A DNA stretch of 64,000 nt from Pseudohongiellaceae bacterium (GCA_965661105.1 CBFICR010000011.1:569-64568); one strand, 5' to 3'. Positions 10,340-20,970 are shown, counted from the first letter of the stretch. The notes: generated by a model not told the origin, from the letters alone. A program made the numbers and translations.

Positions 10340-11232
10340 TGACGCCAAAAATCTCTACACAGACACTTGATCACGACATTCCCAGAGGGACTTCTCTTTG
10401 GGAAGATGCCCTGGTCCGTTTACGTAAAAACAGACTGTCCATGCTTGGCCTGGGTTTTCTATTATTTGTAATGATAGTGTGTCTTCTCACCCCCTGGATT
10501 GCACCTTATGGCTATGAAGAACAAAATCTTCGCCTCGGAGCAATTCCACCATCAATGGAACACTGGTTGGGGACTGACACATTTGGCAGGGACATGCTAA
10601 CCAGAATTATGTATGGCGGCAGAGTGTCATTGCTGGTGGGTTTTATTGCCACTTCCGTTGCTTTGCTTATAGGTGTCACTTATGGCGCTATTGCCGGTTA
10701 TGCCGGGGGTAAAACTGATGCATTCATGATGCGCCTGGTGGACATTCTTTATGCGCTCCCGTTTATGATCTTCATTATTCTGCTGATGGTGGTATTTGGG
10801 CGCAATCTGTTATTGCTGTTTCTGGCAATCGGCGCCGTCGAGTGGTTGGTGATGGCAAGAATTGTGCGTGGACAGATCCAGAGTCTCAGGCAACAGGAAT
10901 ATGTAGAAGCCGCTATCTCATTAGGTTTATCGCCGGCGGCAATCATTATGAAGCATTTAATTCCCAACGCCCTCGGACCAGTAATTGTCTATACCACACT
11001 GACCATCCCCAATGTGATGTTGCTGGAGGCTTTTTTAAGCTTTCTTGGTCTTGGTATTCAACCGCCAGAATCCTCATGGGGATTGCTTATTTCCTATGGT
11101 GTGGAAACAATGGAGGAATATCCCTGGTTGCTTATTTTTCCGGGACTGGCCTTAACCACTACATTATTTGCGCTTAATTTTCTCGGCGATGGACTGCGCG
11201 ATGCCCTCGACCCGAAAGCCTCAAGAGATTAA
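10339..11232 (+). CDS. Peptide ABC transporter permease (OppC/DppC-like)
   Basis: 297 aa. Its start overlaps the previous stop (TAATG). HWLGTDTFGRD motif and YVEAAISLGLS in the EAA-loop region. Confidence 0.9.
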   Translation: MTPKISTQTLDHDIPRGTSLWEDALVRLRKNRLSMLGLGFLLFVMIVCLLTPWIAPYGYEEQNLRLGAIPPSMEHWLGTDTFGRDMLTRIMYGGRVSLLVGFIATSVALLIGVTYGAIAGYAGGKTDAFMMRLVDILYALPFMIFIILLMVVFGRNLLLLFLAIGAVEWLVMARIVRGQIQSLRQQEYVEAAISLGLSPAAIIMKHLIPNALGPVIVYTTLTIPNVMLLEAFLSFLGLGIQPPESSWGLLISYGVETMEEYPWLLIFPGLALTTTLFALNFLGDGLRDALDPKASRD

Positions 11233-11244
11233 ATAACCCCTATT

Positions 11245-12864
11245 ATGTCACTACTACAGGTACAGGATCTGTCCATATATTTCCACACTCGTAATGGGGT
11301 GGTAAAAGCTGTGGATGGCATCAGTTTCGAGGTAGACGCAGGAAAGACTTTCGCTATTATCGGGGAATCCGGTTCCGGGAAATCGGTTGCCTGTTACAGC
11401 ATGCTGGGTTTGGTTCCCATGCCGCCGGGCAAGATTGAAGCCGGCAAGGTCATGTTCCAGGGACGCGACCTTTTGACCTTGACGGAAAAGGAATTACGTA
11501 AGGTCCGCGGGAAGGGGATTTCAATAATTTTTCAGGATCCGATGACGACCCTTAACCCTTTCCTGAAAATAGGGGATCAGTTAATGGAACCCCTCAGACT
11601 CCATTTTGGCTTGAGCAAGAAGGAAGCCTGGCAAAGAAGTATCGACATTCTGGAAGAAGTCGGTATCAAGAATGCCGCACAACGCATGAATGCCTGGCCT
11701 TTCGAATTTTCAGGCGGGATGCGCCAACGTGTGGTAATTGCCATGGCCCTGGTTACCGAGCCGGAAATTATTATCGCGGACGAGCCAACTACTGCCCTGG
11801 ACGTTACTGTTCAGGCGCAGATTCTCAAACTGTTAAAAGAGCTCCAGGAACGACGCAATATTGGCGTTATTTTTATCAGTCATGACCTGAGCGTGGTAGC
11901 GGATATCGCCGATGAAATTGGGGTCATGCAATATGGCAAATTCGTGGAGCAGGGTGATAGAAATGCTATCTTCAACAATCCCCGGGACGAATATACCCGC
12001 AAGCTATTGGCGGCGGTACCAGGGACACAAAAGGTCTGCGCCTCACAATCGCCTGCTGCAATGATAAAAATTGAAGACCTCGTCGTCGAATTTCCGGGGG
12101 GAAAAAACCAGGACACGGTAATTGCCGTCAATTCCGTTAGCCTTGATATTAATCGCCATGAAATCCTCGGCCTGGTTGGCGAATCCGGATCGGGTAAATC
12201 TACGCTCGGACGTGCAATCACTCGCCTGGTGACACCAACATCGGGAAAGATTTATTTCAACGACGAAGAAATCAGTCATTACTCGTTGGCCAGAATGAAA
12301 CCGCTGAGACGGCATATGCAGATTATTTTTCAGGATCCTTATGCCAGTCTGAATCCGCGTATGACGGTATATGACACATTGGCAGAACCGCTTTTATTGC
12401 ATGGCATCTGCAAACGCAAGGATCTGGAAGCCCAGGTGTTCGCATTGATGGATTCTGTCGGCCTGTCCCGGGAAAGCGTGCTGCGCTATCCCCATGAGTT
12501 TTCGGGTGGGCAGCGGCAACGTATTGCCATTGGTCGCGCTATTGCCACAAAACCCGAATTCATAGTGGCTGATGAACCGGTTTCCGCTCTGGACGTTACT
12601 ATTCAGGCACAAATACTTGACCTGTTACTGGAATTGGTTGAACGCTTTGATCTGACCATGTTGTTTATCTCCCATGACCTTGGGGTAGTGCGCTATTTAT
12701 CCGACCGGATCGTGGTAATGAAAGAAGGTGTGCTGGTTGAAACCGGGTCTGTCAGTGAGGTATTTGACTCGCCAAGCCAGGATTATACCAAGGCCTTGCT
12801 TGATGCCATTCCAGGCAAGTCACTGCTGGACGGTCTTTCACCCCCGCTGAAAGACCCGCTTTAA
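11245..12864 (+). CDS. Fused double ATPase of the peptide ABC transporter (OppD/OppF-like halves in one chain)
   Basis: 539 aa. Two Walker A motifs ([20 protein letters not shown]), two signature motifs ([16 protein letters not shown]) and two Walker B motifs ([16 protein letters not shown]). Confidence 0.92.
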   Translation: MSLLQVQDLSIYFHTRNGVVKAVDGISFEVDAGKTFAIIGESGSGKSVACYSMLGLVPMPPGKIEAGKVMFQGRDLLTLTEKELRKVRGKGISIIFQDPMTTLNPFLKIGDQLMEPLRLHFGLSKKEAWQRSIDILEEVGIKNAAQRMNAWPFEFSGGMRQRVVIAMALVTEPEIIIADEPTTALDVTVQAQILKLLKELQERRNIGVIFISHDLSVVADIADEIGVMQYGKFVEQGDRNAIFNNPRDEYTRKLLAAVPGTQKVCASQSPAAMIKIEDLVVEFPGGKNQDTVIAVNSVSLDINRHEILGLVGESGSGKSTLGRAITRLVTPTSGKIYFNDEEISHYSLARMKPLRRHMQIIFQDPYASLNPRMTVYDTLAEPLLLHGICKRKDLEAQVFALMDSVGLSRESVLRYPHEFSGGQRQRIAIGRAIATKPEFIVADEPVSALDVTIQAQILDLLLELVERFDLTMLFISHDLGVVRYLSDRIVVMKEGVLVETGSVSEVFDSPSQDYTKALLDAIPGKSLLDGLSPPLKDPL

Positions 12865-13643
12865 AACGAATCTTTCCATCCACGAATCGCGCCAAACACT
12901 TCTTCGGGAACCTGTAATTGCCGTCCACTGTGTTTATTTGCTGCCGCAATAATTTCCTGCTCCCCACAACGAAGAAAAGGGTTGGTATCCAGCTCTGCTT
13001 TTATGCTGGTAGGGACAGTGGGGATACCCTTGCGACGCTTTTCTTTTTCCTGCTCAACGCGCTGTGCCAATGTTTTATTTTCAGGCGTTACCGCACTGGC
13101 AAAAGCAAGGTTTGCAAGGGTGTATTCATGGGCACAATAAACCAGAGTTTCAGCAGGCAAGCGCGCAAGCTTCTGCAGTGATTCATGCATCATGGGAAAT
13201 GTGCCTTCGAAAACTCTGCCACAGCCTCCGGCAAACAGGGTGTCACCACAGAACAGCACTGGTGTGTCACTTTCTTCAGCTGCATTGAAGTAGGCAATAT
13301 GGTCCAGTGTATGGCCTGGAATTTCCAGCACCTTGAATGTGTTACCCAGAATATTAATCTGGCTACCTTCCCTGACAGTATGCGTCACCGCAGGAATATT
13401 TGCTGAGTCCGGCCCATAAACCGGCACCTGGTAATTTTCCAGCAACTGGTTAATGCCACCGGTATGATCACCATGGTGATGGGTAATGATTATGACCGCA
13501 AGATTCAGGTTGTTTTCCTTCAAATATTGAAGAACCGGCTCGGCATCACCCGGATCGACGATACCGCAATCACGACTACCAGGCTCTCTGAACAGCCAAA
13601 GATAGTTATCATTAAAAGCCTGAATGGGTGTGACTTCCAGCAT
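12861..13643 (-). CDS. gloB: Hydroxyacylglutathione hydrolase (glyoxalase II)
   Basis: 260 aa. AFNDNYLWL start region, metallo-beta-lactamase motif THHHGDHTGG, and C-terminal TNPFLR. Confidence 0.93.
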   Translation of the reverse strand: MLEVTPIQAFNDNYLWLFREPGSRDCGIVDPGDAEPVLQYLKENNLNLAVIIITHHHGDHTGGINQLLENYQVPVYGPDSANIPAVTHTVREGSQINILGNTFKVLEIPGHTLDHIAYFNAAEESDTPVLFCGDTLFAGGCGRVFEGTFPMMHESLQKLARLPAETLVYCAHEYTLANLAFASAVTPENKTLAQRVEQEKEKRRKGIPTVPTSIKAELDTNPFLRCGEQEIIAAANKHSGRQLQVPEEVFGAIRGWKDSF

Positions 13644-13743
13644 GGTATTGCCCCTGTTTTGTATAGTTGGTTTAGGCTAATGATGGCTCCGGTTTGGTCG
13701 CCAGCACAACCAGACTCAGGTATGATACCCAATTTAAACAACC

Positions 13744-14556
13744 ATGTCGGGCAGCAAGGTGATCTGGAAAAGTAACAGGGAAAATCTCGACAGTCCTGGC
13801 TTTTATGATGCCATGAGTCAGTGGTATGAAACTCCGCTTGGCAATCGTCTTCGCGAAGTAGAAATGTCTTTACTGGACCGTTGCCTGCCCAGGCGTTTTG
13901 GCTACCATCTGCTGCAAATTGGCTGTGCCAATTTCCCGATGTATGAAAATAGCCCGGTAGGGCACAAGTTTTCCATTACCCATAACAACAATCTTGCCGG
14001 TCATGGTATTGCCGCCAGGGGAGAAGCTATCCCCCTGACCAGCGAATCAGTTGATGTGGTCTTACTTCACCACGCTCTGGATTATTCTTCCTTTCAGCAC
14101 CAGTTATTGCGAGAAGTATCGCGTGTACTCATTGCCGGAGGGCACATTGTTATTGTGGGTTTTAATCCTGTCAGCAGCTGGGGGCTTAGAACCCGCTTCC
14201 CTGGGCATAAAATGCACCCCTGGAATGGACGGCTTTTAAGCACTTCACGTATATCGGACTGGCTGAAATTACTGGATTTCCAGATTGAGCAGGTCCGTTA
14301 TGGAGCCTATACACTGCCAATCAATTCGCCAGGTGTTATCAAGTATTCAAGTTTGCTGGAACGCCTCGCATCACGCCTGAACTGGCCAACAGGTGGGGTT
14401 TACATGATTTCTGCAAGAAAGCAGGTATTGCCCCTCACGCCTATTCAAACCTCGTGGCGAGAATTTGCCAGCGCTAATGTCGGCATGCCCATTGCAGAAA
14501 ATATTACCCGCGTATCGAGAGACTTGCGGGCGGCCAGCAATGAAGAAAACTCCTGA
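13744..14556 (+). CDS. Class I SAM-dependent methyltransferase, function unknown
   Basis: 270 aa. Methyltransf_11-like core (HLLQIGC..., [23 protein letters not shown]). As I recall, the gloB / methyltransferase / rnhA / dnaQ arrangement also occurs in Pseudomonas. Confidence 0.75.
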   Translation: MSGSKVIWKSNRENLDSPGFYDAMSQWYETPLGNRLREVEMSLLDRCLPRRFGYHLLQIGCANFPMYENSPVGHKFSITHNNNLAGHGIAARGEAIPLTSESVDVVLLHHALDYSSFQHQLLREVSRVLIAGGHIVIVGFNPVSSWGLRTRFPGHKMHPWNGRLLSTSRISDWLKLLDFQIEQVRYGAYTLPINSPGVIKYSSLLERLASRLNWPTGGVYMISARKQVLPLTPIQTSWREFASANVGMPIAENITRVSRDLRAASNEENS

Positions 14557-14564
14557 GTAATTCA

Positions 14565-15002
14565 ATGACAGATCAGATCAGGATTTATACAGATGGTGCT
14601 TGCAGGGGCAATCCCGGGCCTGGCGGATGGGGAGCGGTTCTCATGCATGGCGACAAGATCAAGAAACTTTATGGGGGAGAACGGGAAACCACCAATAACC
14701 GTATGGAACTAACCGCAGTGATCAAAGCCCTGGAATGTATCAAGGGTAACAAGTGGCCTTTGGAAATAACATCTGATTCAAAGTATGTGCTGCAGGGCAT
14801 TACTGAATGGATAGATGGATGGAAGCGACGGGGTTGGCGTAATGCCAGCAAAAAACCTGTAATGAATGTAGATCTCTGGCAGCGCCTGGACGAACTGGTA
14901 CAGCCTTTTGAAATAAGCTGGCATTGGGTAAAAGGACATAGCGGGCATCCGGAAAACGAAATGGCTGATCAATTGGCCAATCAGGGCATTGATGAGTTGT
15001 AA
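14565..15002 (+). CDS. rnhA: Ribonuclease HI
   Basis: 145 aa. [24 protein letters not shown], and [19 protein letters not shown]. Confidence 0.95.
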   Translation: MTDQIRIYTDGACRGNPGPGGWGAVLMHGDKIKKLYGGERETTNNRMELTAVIKALECIKGNKWPLEITSDSKYVLQGITEWIDGWKRRGWRNASKKPVMNVDLWQRLDELVQPFEISWHWVKGHSGHPENEMADQLANQGIDEL

Positions 15003-15061
15003 TTATGCCTCTGGATTCGATTGATATTTAACTGCAGACACAATGGATAAATAGCGAAAAT

Positions 15062-15769
15062 ATGCGACAAATTGTACTTGATACGGAAACTACAGGACTG
15101 GATCCAGCCCAGGGACATAAGGTCATTGAAATTGGCTGCGTAGAACTGATCAACAGGAAGCTTACCGGCAATCATTTTCACGTCTACATCAATCCACAAA
15201 GAGAAATTGAAGCCGCGGCGCTTGAGGTCCATGGCATCACAAACCATTTTCTCGCTGACAAGCCTTTATTTAATGATATAGCTGAAAGTTTTGTTGAATT
15301 TGTCAGCGGTGCCGAGCTGGTTATCCATAATGCACCATTTGATATTGGCTTCCTGGATCATGAACTGGCAGCCTTGAATAAAAACTATAAACCAATGCAG
15401 GATTACTGCCAAATTCTGGACTCCCTGGTCATGGCCAGGAAAAAGCACCCCGGTCAGAAGAACAATCTTGATGCCTTATGCAAACGCTATATGGTAGATA
15501 ACACCCAGCGTGATCTCCACGGTGCCTTGCTTGATGCGGAAATTCTTGCTGACGTCTATTTAATGATGACTGGCGGTCAGTCCAGCTTTTCCCTGGTAGA
15601 TGAAGAGAGTTCCGAACAAAGATCTGCACAGCAATTAAGACGACTTTCTACGCAGCGCAAGCCTTTAAAAATCATCAGGGCAACGGATGATGAAGTTTCA
15701 GCGCATGAGGCCCGGCTTATGGAAATTGACAAAGCAGCAGAAAATGGATGTTTGTGGTTAAAAAATTAA
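15062..15769 (+). CDS. dnaQ: DNA polymerase III epsilon (proofreading exonuclease) subunit
   Basis: 235 aa. Exo I IVLDTETTGL, Exo II VIHNAPFDIGFL, Exo III HGALLDAEILADVY. Confidence 0.95.
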   Translation: MRQIVLDTETTGLDPAQGHKVIEIGCVELINRKLTGNHFHVYINPQREIEAAALEVHGITNHFLADKPLFNDIAESFVEFVSGAELVIHNAPFDIGFLDHELAALNKNYKPMQDYCQILDSLVMARKKHPGQKNNLDALCKRYMVDNTQRDLHGALLDAEILADVYLMMTGGQSSFSLVDEESSEQRSAQQLRRLSTQRKPLKIIRATDDEVSAHEARLMEIDKAAENGCLWLKN

Positions 15770-15790
15770 CGCTTCCGACTTCAGTATTTC

Positions 15791-15819
15791 TTGAAGCAGG
15801 GCGCGCTCGTGCATATAAT
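15791..15819 (+). promoter_or_regulatory. Candidate sigma70 promoter for the downstream permease gene
   Basis: TTGAAG at 15791-15796, a 17-nt spacer, then a perfect TATAAT at 15814-15819. Confidence 0.45.
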
Positions 15820-15885
15820 CTTTGGCCTTCTATACATATGTAATCTCATGCAAACCCTTGAATTCCAACCTCTAATCTATAAGGA

Positions 15886-17241
15886 ATGACAATGGAAGTG
15901 CTAGAAATGGATACCGCTATGATGGTGTCTGGCATCATTCTTGTAATCACCTTTGTGGGAATCTTTACCGAAGGTGTACATGGTTTTCACCGCGCAAAAT
16001 TTGCTCTTGGTGGCGCCGGTGCAATGGTATTGGCAGGGCAGTATTTTGGTTTTTACAGCCCTGATCTGGCGATCGAATCTATCGACTGGAATGTAATATT
16101 CCTGTTAGGCGCAATGATGACTGTGGTGGCTATCATGATCCCCACGGGGGGCTTCCAGATGCTGGCATATCGAATTGCCGATTTCAGTAAGGGGCGCCTG
16201 TTCCTGCTTCTGGCCATGATGGGAACACTGGTCACCGTATTATCTCTTCTGCTGGACAATGTCACCACGGTAGTTATTTTCGGCCCACTCATCATTCTTA
16301 TCTGCCAGTCCATGAAAGTTAACCCGATTCCGTATCTTCTGGCCGCTGCCTTACTGTCCGATACAGGTGGTGTCGCTACTCTGGTGGGTGATCCCCCCAA
16401 CCTGATGATCGGTTCTGCTGCAGGCATTGATTTCAATACTTTCTTTTACCATATGGGCGGCATCGTCTTCGTGGCCTGGGTTGCAACGCTGTTTTCATTA
16501 AAGTTTATCTTCAAGAAAGAGCTGGCCGAGAAACCCGTTTTACAGGATTTCAGTCAGCAGGAAGAAATGAAAGACCCTTATACCTGGAAAGTTTCACTGA
16601 TTGTTCTCGGAATTATGGTCGTGGGCTTTATCATGCATAGAACCCTGCATTGGGAAGCCTGGTTTGTTGCCGGTATGGGTCTTACTTTGCTGGTGTTTTT
16701 TGGTAAAGATGTCGACATGGATGAGCATTTTGCAGACGTAGAATTAACGCTGCTGATGTTCTTCATGGCATTGTTTATTATTGTTGGTGGTGTAGAGCAT
16801 AGCCACTTCCTTGAATACATTGGCCAGTTTATTCTGCCTTTCGTTCGCGAAGATCTGCTTACTGCATGTATCCTGTTAATGTGGGTGGCCGCTATTATGT
16901 CCGCTTTCATCGACAACATTCCTTTCACTGCAGCCATGATTCCTATCATTCTTGGTCTTGAGCAGCAGGGCGTGAATGTTAATGCACTGTGGTGGGCACT
17001 GGCTGCCGGTGTTGGCATGGGCGGTAATGGTAGTCACCTTGGCTCAACTGCCAATGTTTTTATTGTGACTATTTCAGAAAAACTGGCCAAGGATGAAGGT
17101 AATCCAAGCCTCGCCATTACGCCTGGGCTATGGTTTAGAAAAGGTGCACCAATCATGGTGCTGACACTGATTATATGTTCCATCATCATGACAGCGTTTT
17201 TCGGTTTTTACAGTAACCCAAATGCCGCAATTGGCCTGTAA
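15886..17241 (+). CDS. ArsB/NhaD (CitMHS/SLC13-like) family anion/ion permease
   Basis: 451 aa, highly hydrophobic with about 10-12 TM segments. LLDNVTTVVIF and GDPPNLMIG motifs are typical of the ArsB/NhaD superfamily. The true start may be the ATG at 15892, which has better spacing from AAGGA. Confidence 0.8.
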   Translation: MTMEVLEMDTAMMVSGIILVITFVGIFTEGVHGFHRAKFALGGAGAMVLAGQYFGFYSPDLAIESIDWNVIFLLGAMMTVVAIMIPTGGFQMLAYRIADFSKGRLFLLLAMMGTLVTVLSLLLDNVTTVVIFGPLIILICQSMKVNPIPYLLAAALLSDTGGVATLVGDPPNLMIGSAAGIDFNTFFYHMGGIVFVAWVATLFSLKFIFKKELAEKPVLQDFSQQEEMKDPYTWKVSLIVLGIMVVGFIMHRTLHWEAWFVAGMGLTLLVFFGKDVDMDEHFADVELTLLMFFMALFIIVGGVEHSHFLEYIGQFILPFVREDLLTACILLMWVAAIMSAFIDNIPFTAAMIPIILGLEQQGVNVNALWWALAAGVGMGGNGSHLGSTANVFIVTISEKLAKDEGNPSLAITPGLWFRKGAPIMVLTLIICSIIMTAFFGFYSNPNAAIGL

Positions 17242-17322
17242 TGCTGAAGTGCCAGATCGCTTGATAGTAATTATTTAGATGATTTAATAATTACATACCG
17301 GCATTAGTATTGCCGAAAAATG

Positions 17323-17358
17323 AAAGGATCTGCCGTAAGACGACAGATCCTTTTTCTT
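17323..17358 (+). terminator. Rho-independent terminator
   Basis: 10-bp stem AAAGGATCTG/CAGATCCTTT with an inner CGT/ACG extension, followed by a T-rich tail. Confidence 0.75.
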
Positions 17359-17441
17359 AATAGTATATTTAATCTTATAGATTCAGTTTATTGTGTTTTT
17401 AAAGGCAAAATCAGAGTCTATAACTTTCTGGAGTATTAATT

Positions 17442-18494
17442 TTGGGATTCATTTCTGAATACGGACTTTTTCTGGCCAAAACCCTCACTATAGTTGCCGC
17501 TGTACTCATTATCATGTCAGCGGCATTAGCCAATGCCATGAAGCAAAAGAAAGAAGGCAAGGGCGCGATTACGGTTACTCATCTCAATAAGGAACTTGAT
17601 CATTTAAGTGATGCGATCAAAAATGTTGTGGAAAATGAGCAATATTTAAAAGAGGCTGCGAAGGTTGCCAAGAAAAAACTGAAACAGGAAAAGAAGGCCC
17701 TTAAAAAGTCTGGTAATGCTGAAGAAGAAAAAAAACGCCTGTATGTTATCGATTTTGATGGCGACCCAAAAGCCAGCCAGGTAGAGGAACTACGCCAGGC
17801 GATTACGGCGGTTCTGGCCATGGTTCGTGAAGGCAAGGATGAAGTGCTGCTACGCCTGGAAAGCCCCGGCGGCATGGTTCATGCCTATGGACTGGCAGCC
17901 TCACAATTACACCGGGTACGCAGTAAAAATATTCCGCTTACCATTTGTGTAGACAAAGTAGCGGCAAGCGGAGGCTACATGATGGCCTGTGTCGCCAGTC
18001 AACTTATTGCAGCGCCTTTTGCCTATATAGGCTCTATTGGCGTACTGGTCCAGATCCCCAATTTTCATCGTTTGCTGAAAGAAAAGAATGTCGACTATGA
18101 AATGGTGACCGCAGGCGAATACAAGAGAACCCTGACCATGTTTGGTGAAAACACGGATCAGGGTCGACAGAAGATGCTCGAGGATGTGAAAGAAGTCCAT
18201 GACTTGTTCAAGGATTTTATCAAGGAGTCGCGTCCGGCGATGGATATCGAGAAACTGGCTACCGGTGAAACCTGGCTAGGCAGTCGTGCTCTTACCTTGG
18301 GTTTGGTGGATGCTGTAGGGACCAGTGATGAGTATATTATTACTGCCTGCAAAGGCGCGGACGTATACCATGTGGCCTATGAGAAGAAAAAGAATATCGC
18401 GGATAAAATAGGTAAGATGATGGAGTCCGCTCTCGATAACACAGTCATGCGCTGGTTGCACCGTGGTAAAAGCAAAGACGAGCTGTATTCCTGA
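17442..18494 (+). CDS. sohB: Inner-membrane S49 family peptidase SohB
   Basis: 350 aa with a TTG start. The N-terminus SEYGLFLAKT matches the E. coli SohB start. Has a Lys/Glu-rich linker and the S49 Ser motif VAASGGYMMAC. Confidence 0.88.
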   Translation: MGFISEYGLFLAKTLTIVAAVLIIMSAALANAMKQKKEGKGAITVTHLNKELDHLSDAIKNVVENEQYLKEAAKVAKKKLKQEKKALKKSGNAEEEKKRLYVIDFDGDPKASQVEELRQAITAVLAMVREGKDEVLLRLESPGGMVHAYGLAASQLHRVRSKNIPLTICVDKVAASGGYMMACVASQLIAAPFAYIGSIGVLVQIPNFHRLLKEKNVDYEMVTAGEYKRTLTMFGENTDQGRQKMLEDVKEVHDLFKDFIKESRPAMDIEKLATGETWLGSRALTLGLVDAVGTSDEYIITACKGADVYHVAYEKKKNIADKIGKMMESALDNTVMRWLHRGKSKDELYS

Positions 18495-18520
18495 TTAAGT
18501 TAAGTGTTTTAACTGAAAAG

Positions 18521-19021
18521 TTAGCGGCGTCTAAACAGGGGCAAGGGTTCTTCCACTGTACTCATATAGCTGGTGGAAAACTCATTGAAGGCGGCCAATG
18601 CTTCCTCCACGTTCACCCCGTCAGCCAGGTCAAAACTGTTGATACCACATTTTTTCATATAGAAAAGCTGGTCTCGCAACACATCGCCAATGGCTCGAAT
18701 TTCACCCTGATAATTCAGACGCTCGCGCAGGATTGCTGCAGCTGAAAAAGCTCTGCCATCCCTGAAAACAGGGAAATTAAGACATATTAATGGCAGGTCA
18801 ATAACGTCATTGGCAAGTTCATAGGGATCATCCTCGGAGTCAACCCATACAGCAACTGCTTTGCCTGATTCCATCAGGGAATCCTTATGCTCTTGCCATA
18901 AGGCGAGCGGCACGATGATATTCCCGGACTTGTCGGAAAGGGCACTATTTAAGTCAATGTCCTTGTCCAGCAGGCTCCAGGGATTATCAATAACCTGTCC
19001 GTCTTTAATCAGCGTTGGCAT
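18521..19021 (-). CDS. DUF934 family protein (sulfite-reductase-associated)
   Basis: The ORF is open to 19108, but the ATG at 19021 (MPTLIKDGQVIDNPW) lies just inside the end of cysI, giving a 17-nt overlap. As I recall, this family lies downstream of NirA-type cysI in pseudomonads. Confidence 0.7.
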   Translation of the reverse strand: MPTLIKDGQVIDNPWSLLDKDIDLNSALSDKSGNIIVPLALWQEHKDSLMESGKAVAVWVDSEDDPYELANDVIDLPLICLNFPVFRDGRAFSAAAILRERLNYQGEIRAIGDVLRDQLFYMKKCGINSFDLADGVNVEEALAAFNEFSTSYMSTVEEPLPLFRRR

Positions 19022-20663
19022 ACACTTTTTCCTTATAGGGTTCCATACCGATACGATTGTAGGTGGCAAGAAAGCTTTCGTTAGCCTGGCGGTTTTCCAG
19101 GTAGACATTAATGATTTTATCTATCACATCGGGCATTTCGGCCTGGGCAAATGAGGGGCCGAGAACCTTGCCCAGCGATGTGTCTCTGTCTGAAGAACCA
19201 CCCAGTGTCACCTGGTAAAATTCAGAGCCTTTTTTGTCGACTCCCAGTATGCCTATATTACCAACATGGTGGTGCCCACAGGCATTCATGCAGCCAGATA
19301 TATTCAGTGTAATCTCGCCAATGTTTTTCTGAACATCGAAATCTTCAAAGCGGCGCTGGATTGATTCAGCGATGGGTATCGACTTCGCATTAGCCAGAGA
19401 ACAGAAATCTCCACCAGGGCAGCAGACGATGTCGTTAAGCAGGCCAAGATATGGCGTGGCAAGCGATTCTGTCTTGCAGGCCTGATAGACCGTATACAAG
19501 TCCTGCAAACGTACATCCGTAAGCACCAGGTTTTGCTCATGGGTAACACGTACTTCGCCAAAGCTGTATTTATCAGCCAGGTCTGCAACAAATTCCATCT
19601 GGGTGTCTGTAATATCGCCAGGGGCAACACCGGTTTCTTTCAGGCAAAGGGAAACAATGCGGTAACCGGACTTTTTGTGAGGAGAAACATTGCGTTCAAG
19701 CCAGTGACTGAATAACAGATCGCTTGCAGCGGCGTCTTCAACCGCCTGGTCGGTGTTATCCAGATCCTGATAATCAGGATCAGTAAAAAAGGCCCTGCAA
19801 CGCTCCACTTCACCCTGCGTCAAAGTGGCAGGACCGTCCTTGTCGTGAAGCCATTCAGCTTCGACTTTATCCCGAAATGCTTCGGCCCCAATTTCCTTCA
19901 CCAGAATCTTGATACGTGCCTTGTATTTATTATCACGTCGGCCGAAACGGTTATAAACCCGCATGATGGCATCAAGATACGTAAGCAGATGCTGCCAGGG
20001 CAGGAATTCACAGATTGTTGCGCCTATCACCGGGGTACGGCCCAAGCCGCCACCGACCAGCACTTGAAAACCAATCTCGCCCTTGTCATTTTTCTTGATA
20101 TAAAGCCCAATATCATGAACCTGGGTTGCGGCCTGATCATTGGGCGTGCCGCAAACAGCGATTTTGAATTTACGCGGCAAGTAAGCAAATTCCGGGTGAA
20201 ATGATGACCACTGGCGAATAATTTCACACCATGGACGGCTGTCTTCAATTTCATCTACGGCAACACCGGCAAACTGGTCTGTTGTGGTATTTCGAATGCA
20301 GTTACCACTGGTCTGAATGGCGTGCATCTCCACTTCCGCCAGTTCTGCCAATAGATCAGGCACCTGTTCGAGAACAGGCCAGTTGTACTGGATATTTTGA
20401 CGAGTGGAAAAATGCGCATAGCCCTTGTCATAATCTCTGGCGATGGAGGCAAGTTTGCGTAATTGACGTGACGACAGACAACCGTAGGGAATGGCGACAC
20501 GCAGCATTGGCGCGAGACGCTGTATATACAGGCCATTTTGCAAACGCAGTGGTAAAAACTGCTCGCTGGTCAATTCACCGGCCAGAAAGCGCCGGGTCTG
20601 GTCACGGAACTGCACAATTCTATCCTGCAGCATTTGATTGTCGTAGTTATCGTAAATATACAT
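19005..20663 (-). CDS. cysI: Sulfite reductase hemoprotein, NirA/CysI (siroheme-[4Fe-4S]) family
   Basis: 552 aa. Cys cluster motifs CPGGDFCSLA and SGCMNACGHHHVG. Shows the duplicated nitrite/sulfite reductase ferredoxin-like half-domain architecture. Confidence 0.88.
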   Translation of the reverse strand: MYIYDNYDNQMLQDRIVQFRDQTRRFLAGELTSEQFLPLRLQNGLYIQRLAPMLRVAIPYGCLSSRQLRKLASIARDYDKGYAHFSTRQNIQYNWPVLEQVPDLLAELAEVEMHAIQTSGNCIRNTTTDQFAGVAVDEIEDSRPWCEIIRQWSSFHPEFAYLPRKFKIAVCGTPNDQAATQVHDIGLYIKKNDKGEIGFQVLVGGGLGRTPVIGATICEFLPWQHLLTYLDAIMRVYNRFGRRDNKYKARIKILVKEIGAEAFRDKVEAEWLHDKDGPATLTQGEVERCRAFFTDPDYQDLDNTDQAVEDAAASDLLFSHWLERNVSPHKKSGYRIVSLCLKETGVAPGDITDTQMEFVADLADKYSFGEVRVTHEQNLVLTDVRLQDLYTVYQACKTESLATPYLGLLNDIVCCPGGDFCSLANAKSIPIAESIQRRFEDFDVQKNIGEITLNISGCMNACGHHHVGNIGILGVDKKGSEFYQVTLGGSSDRDTSLGKVLGPSFAQAEMPDVIDKIINVYLENRQANESFLATYNRIGMEPYKEKVYANAD

Positions 20664-20922
20664 TTACTGGTCCTGGTATCCTTAACTGGAAGAATGCATC
20701 TGTAGCTTTTATCACCCTTTTTCCTGTGCTTTAGAAAACAACATAAAGGATGAATTTCAAGGCACGCGATGATACTACGTGACAAGATTTAGCGCTATGG
20801 GTAAGTCCATGAAATTCTTTAATAAACATACACTTTCTATGGTCTTTTTTGCTTTATCACATCACTTGTTCCACAATATGATCCTTGCTCTTGATTACTG
20901 ACGTATAGTCACCATATAGAAT

Positions 20923-20970
20923 GACTTCGAGAGTGATTTCGAAGGTGATTTCGAAAGTGACTACCAGAGC
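20923..20970. repeat. Four tandem 12-bp units (consensus GAyTTCGArrGT) in the cysI-nfuA divergent intergenic region
   Basis: Units are gacttcgagagt, gatttcgaaggt, gatttcgaaagt and gactaccagagc. Units 2 and 3 match at 11 of 12 positions. Each of the first three carries a TTCGA(A/G) core. Confidence 0.8.
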
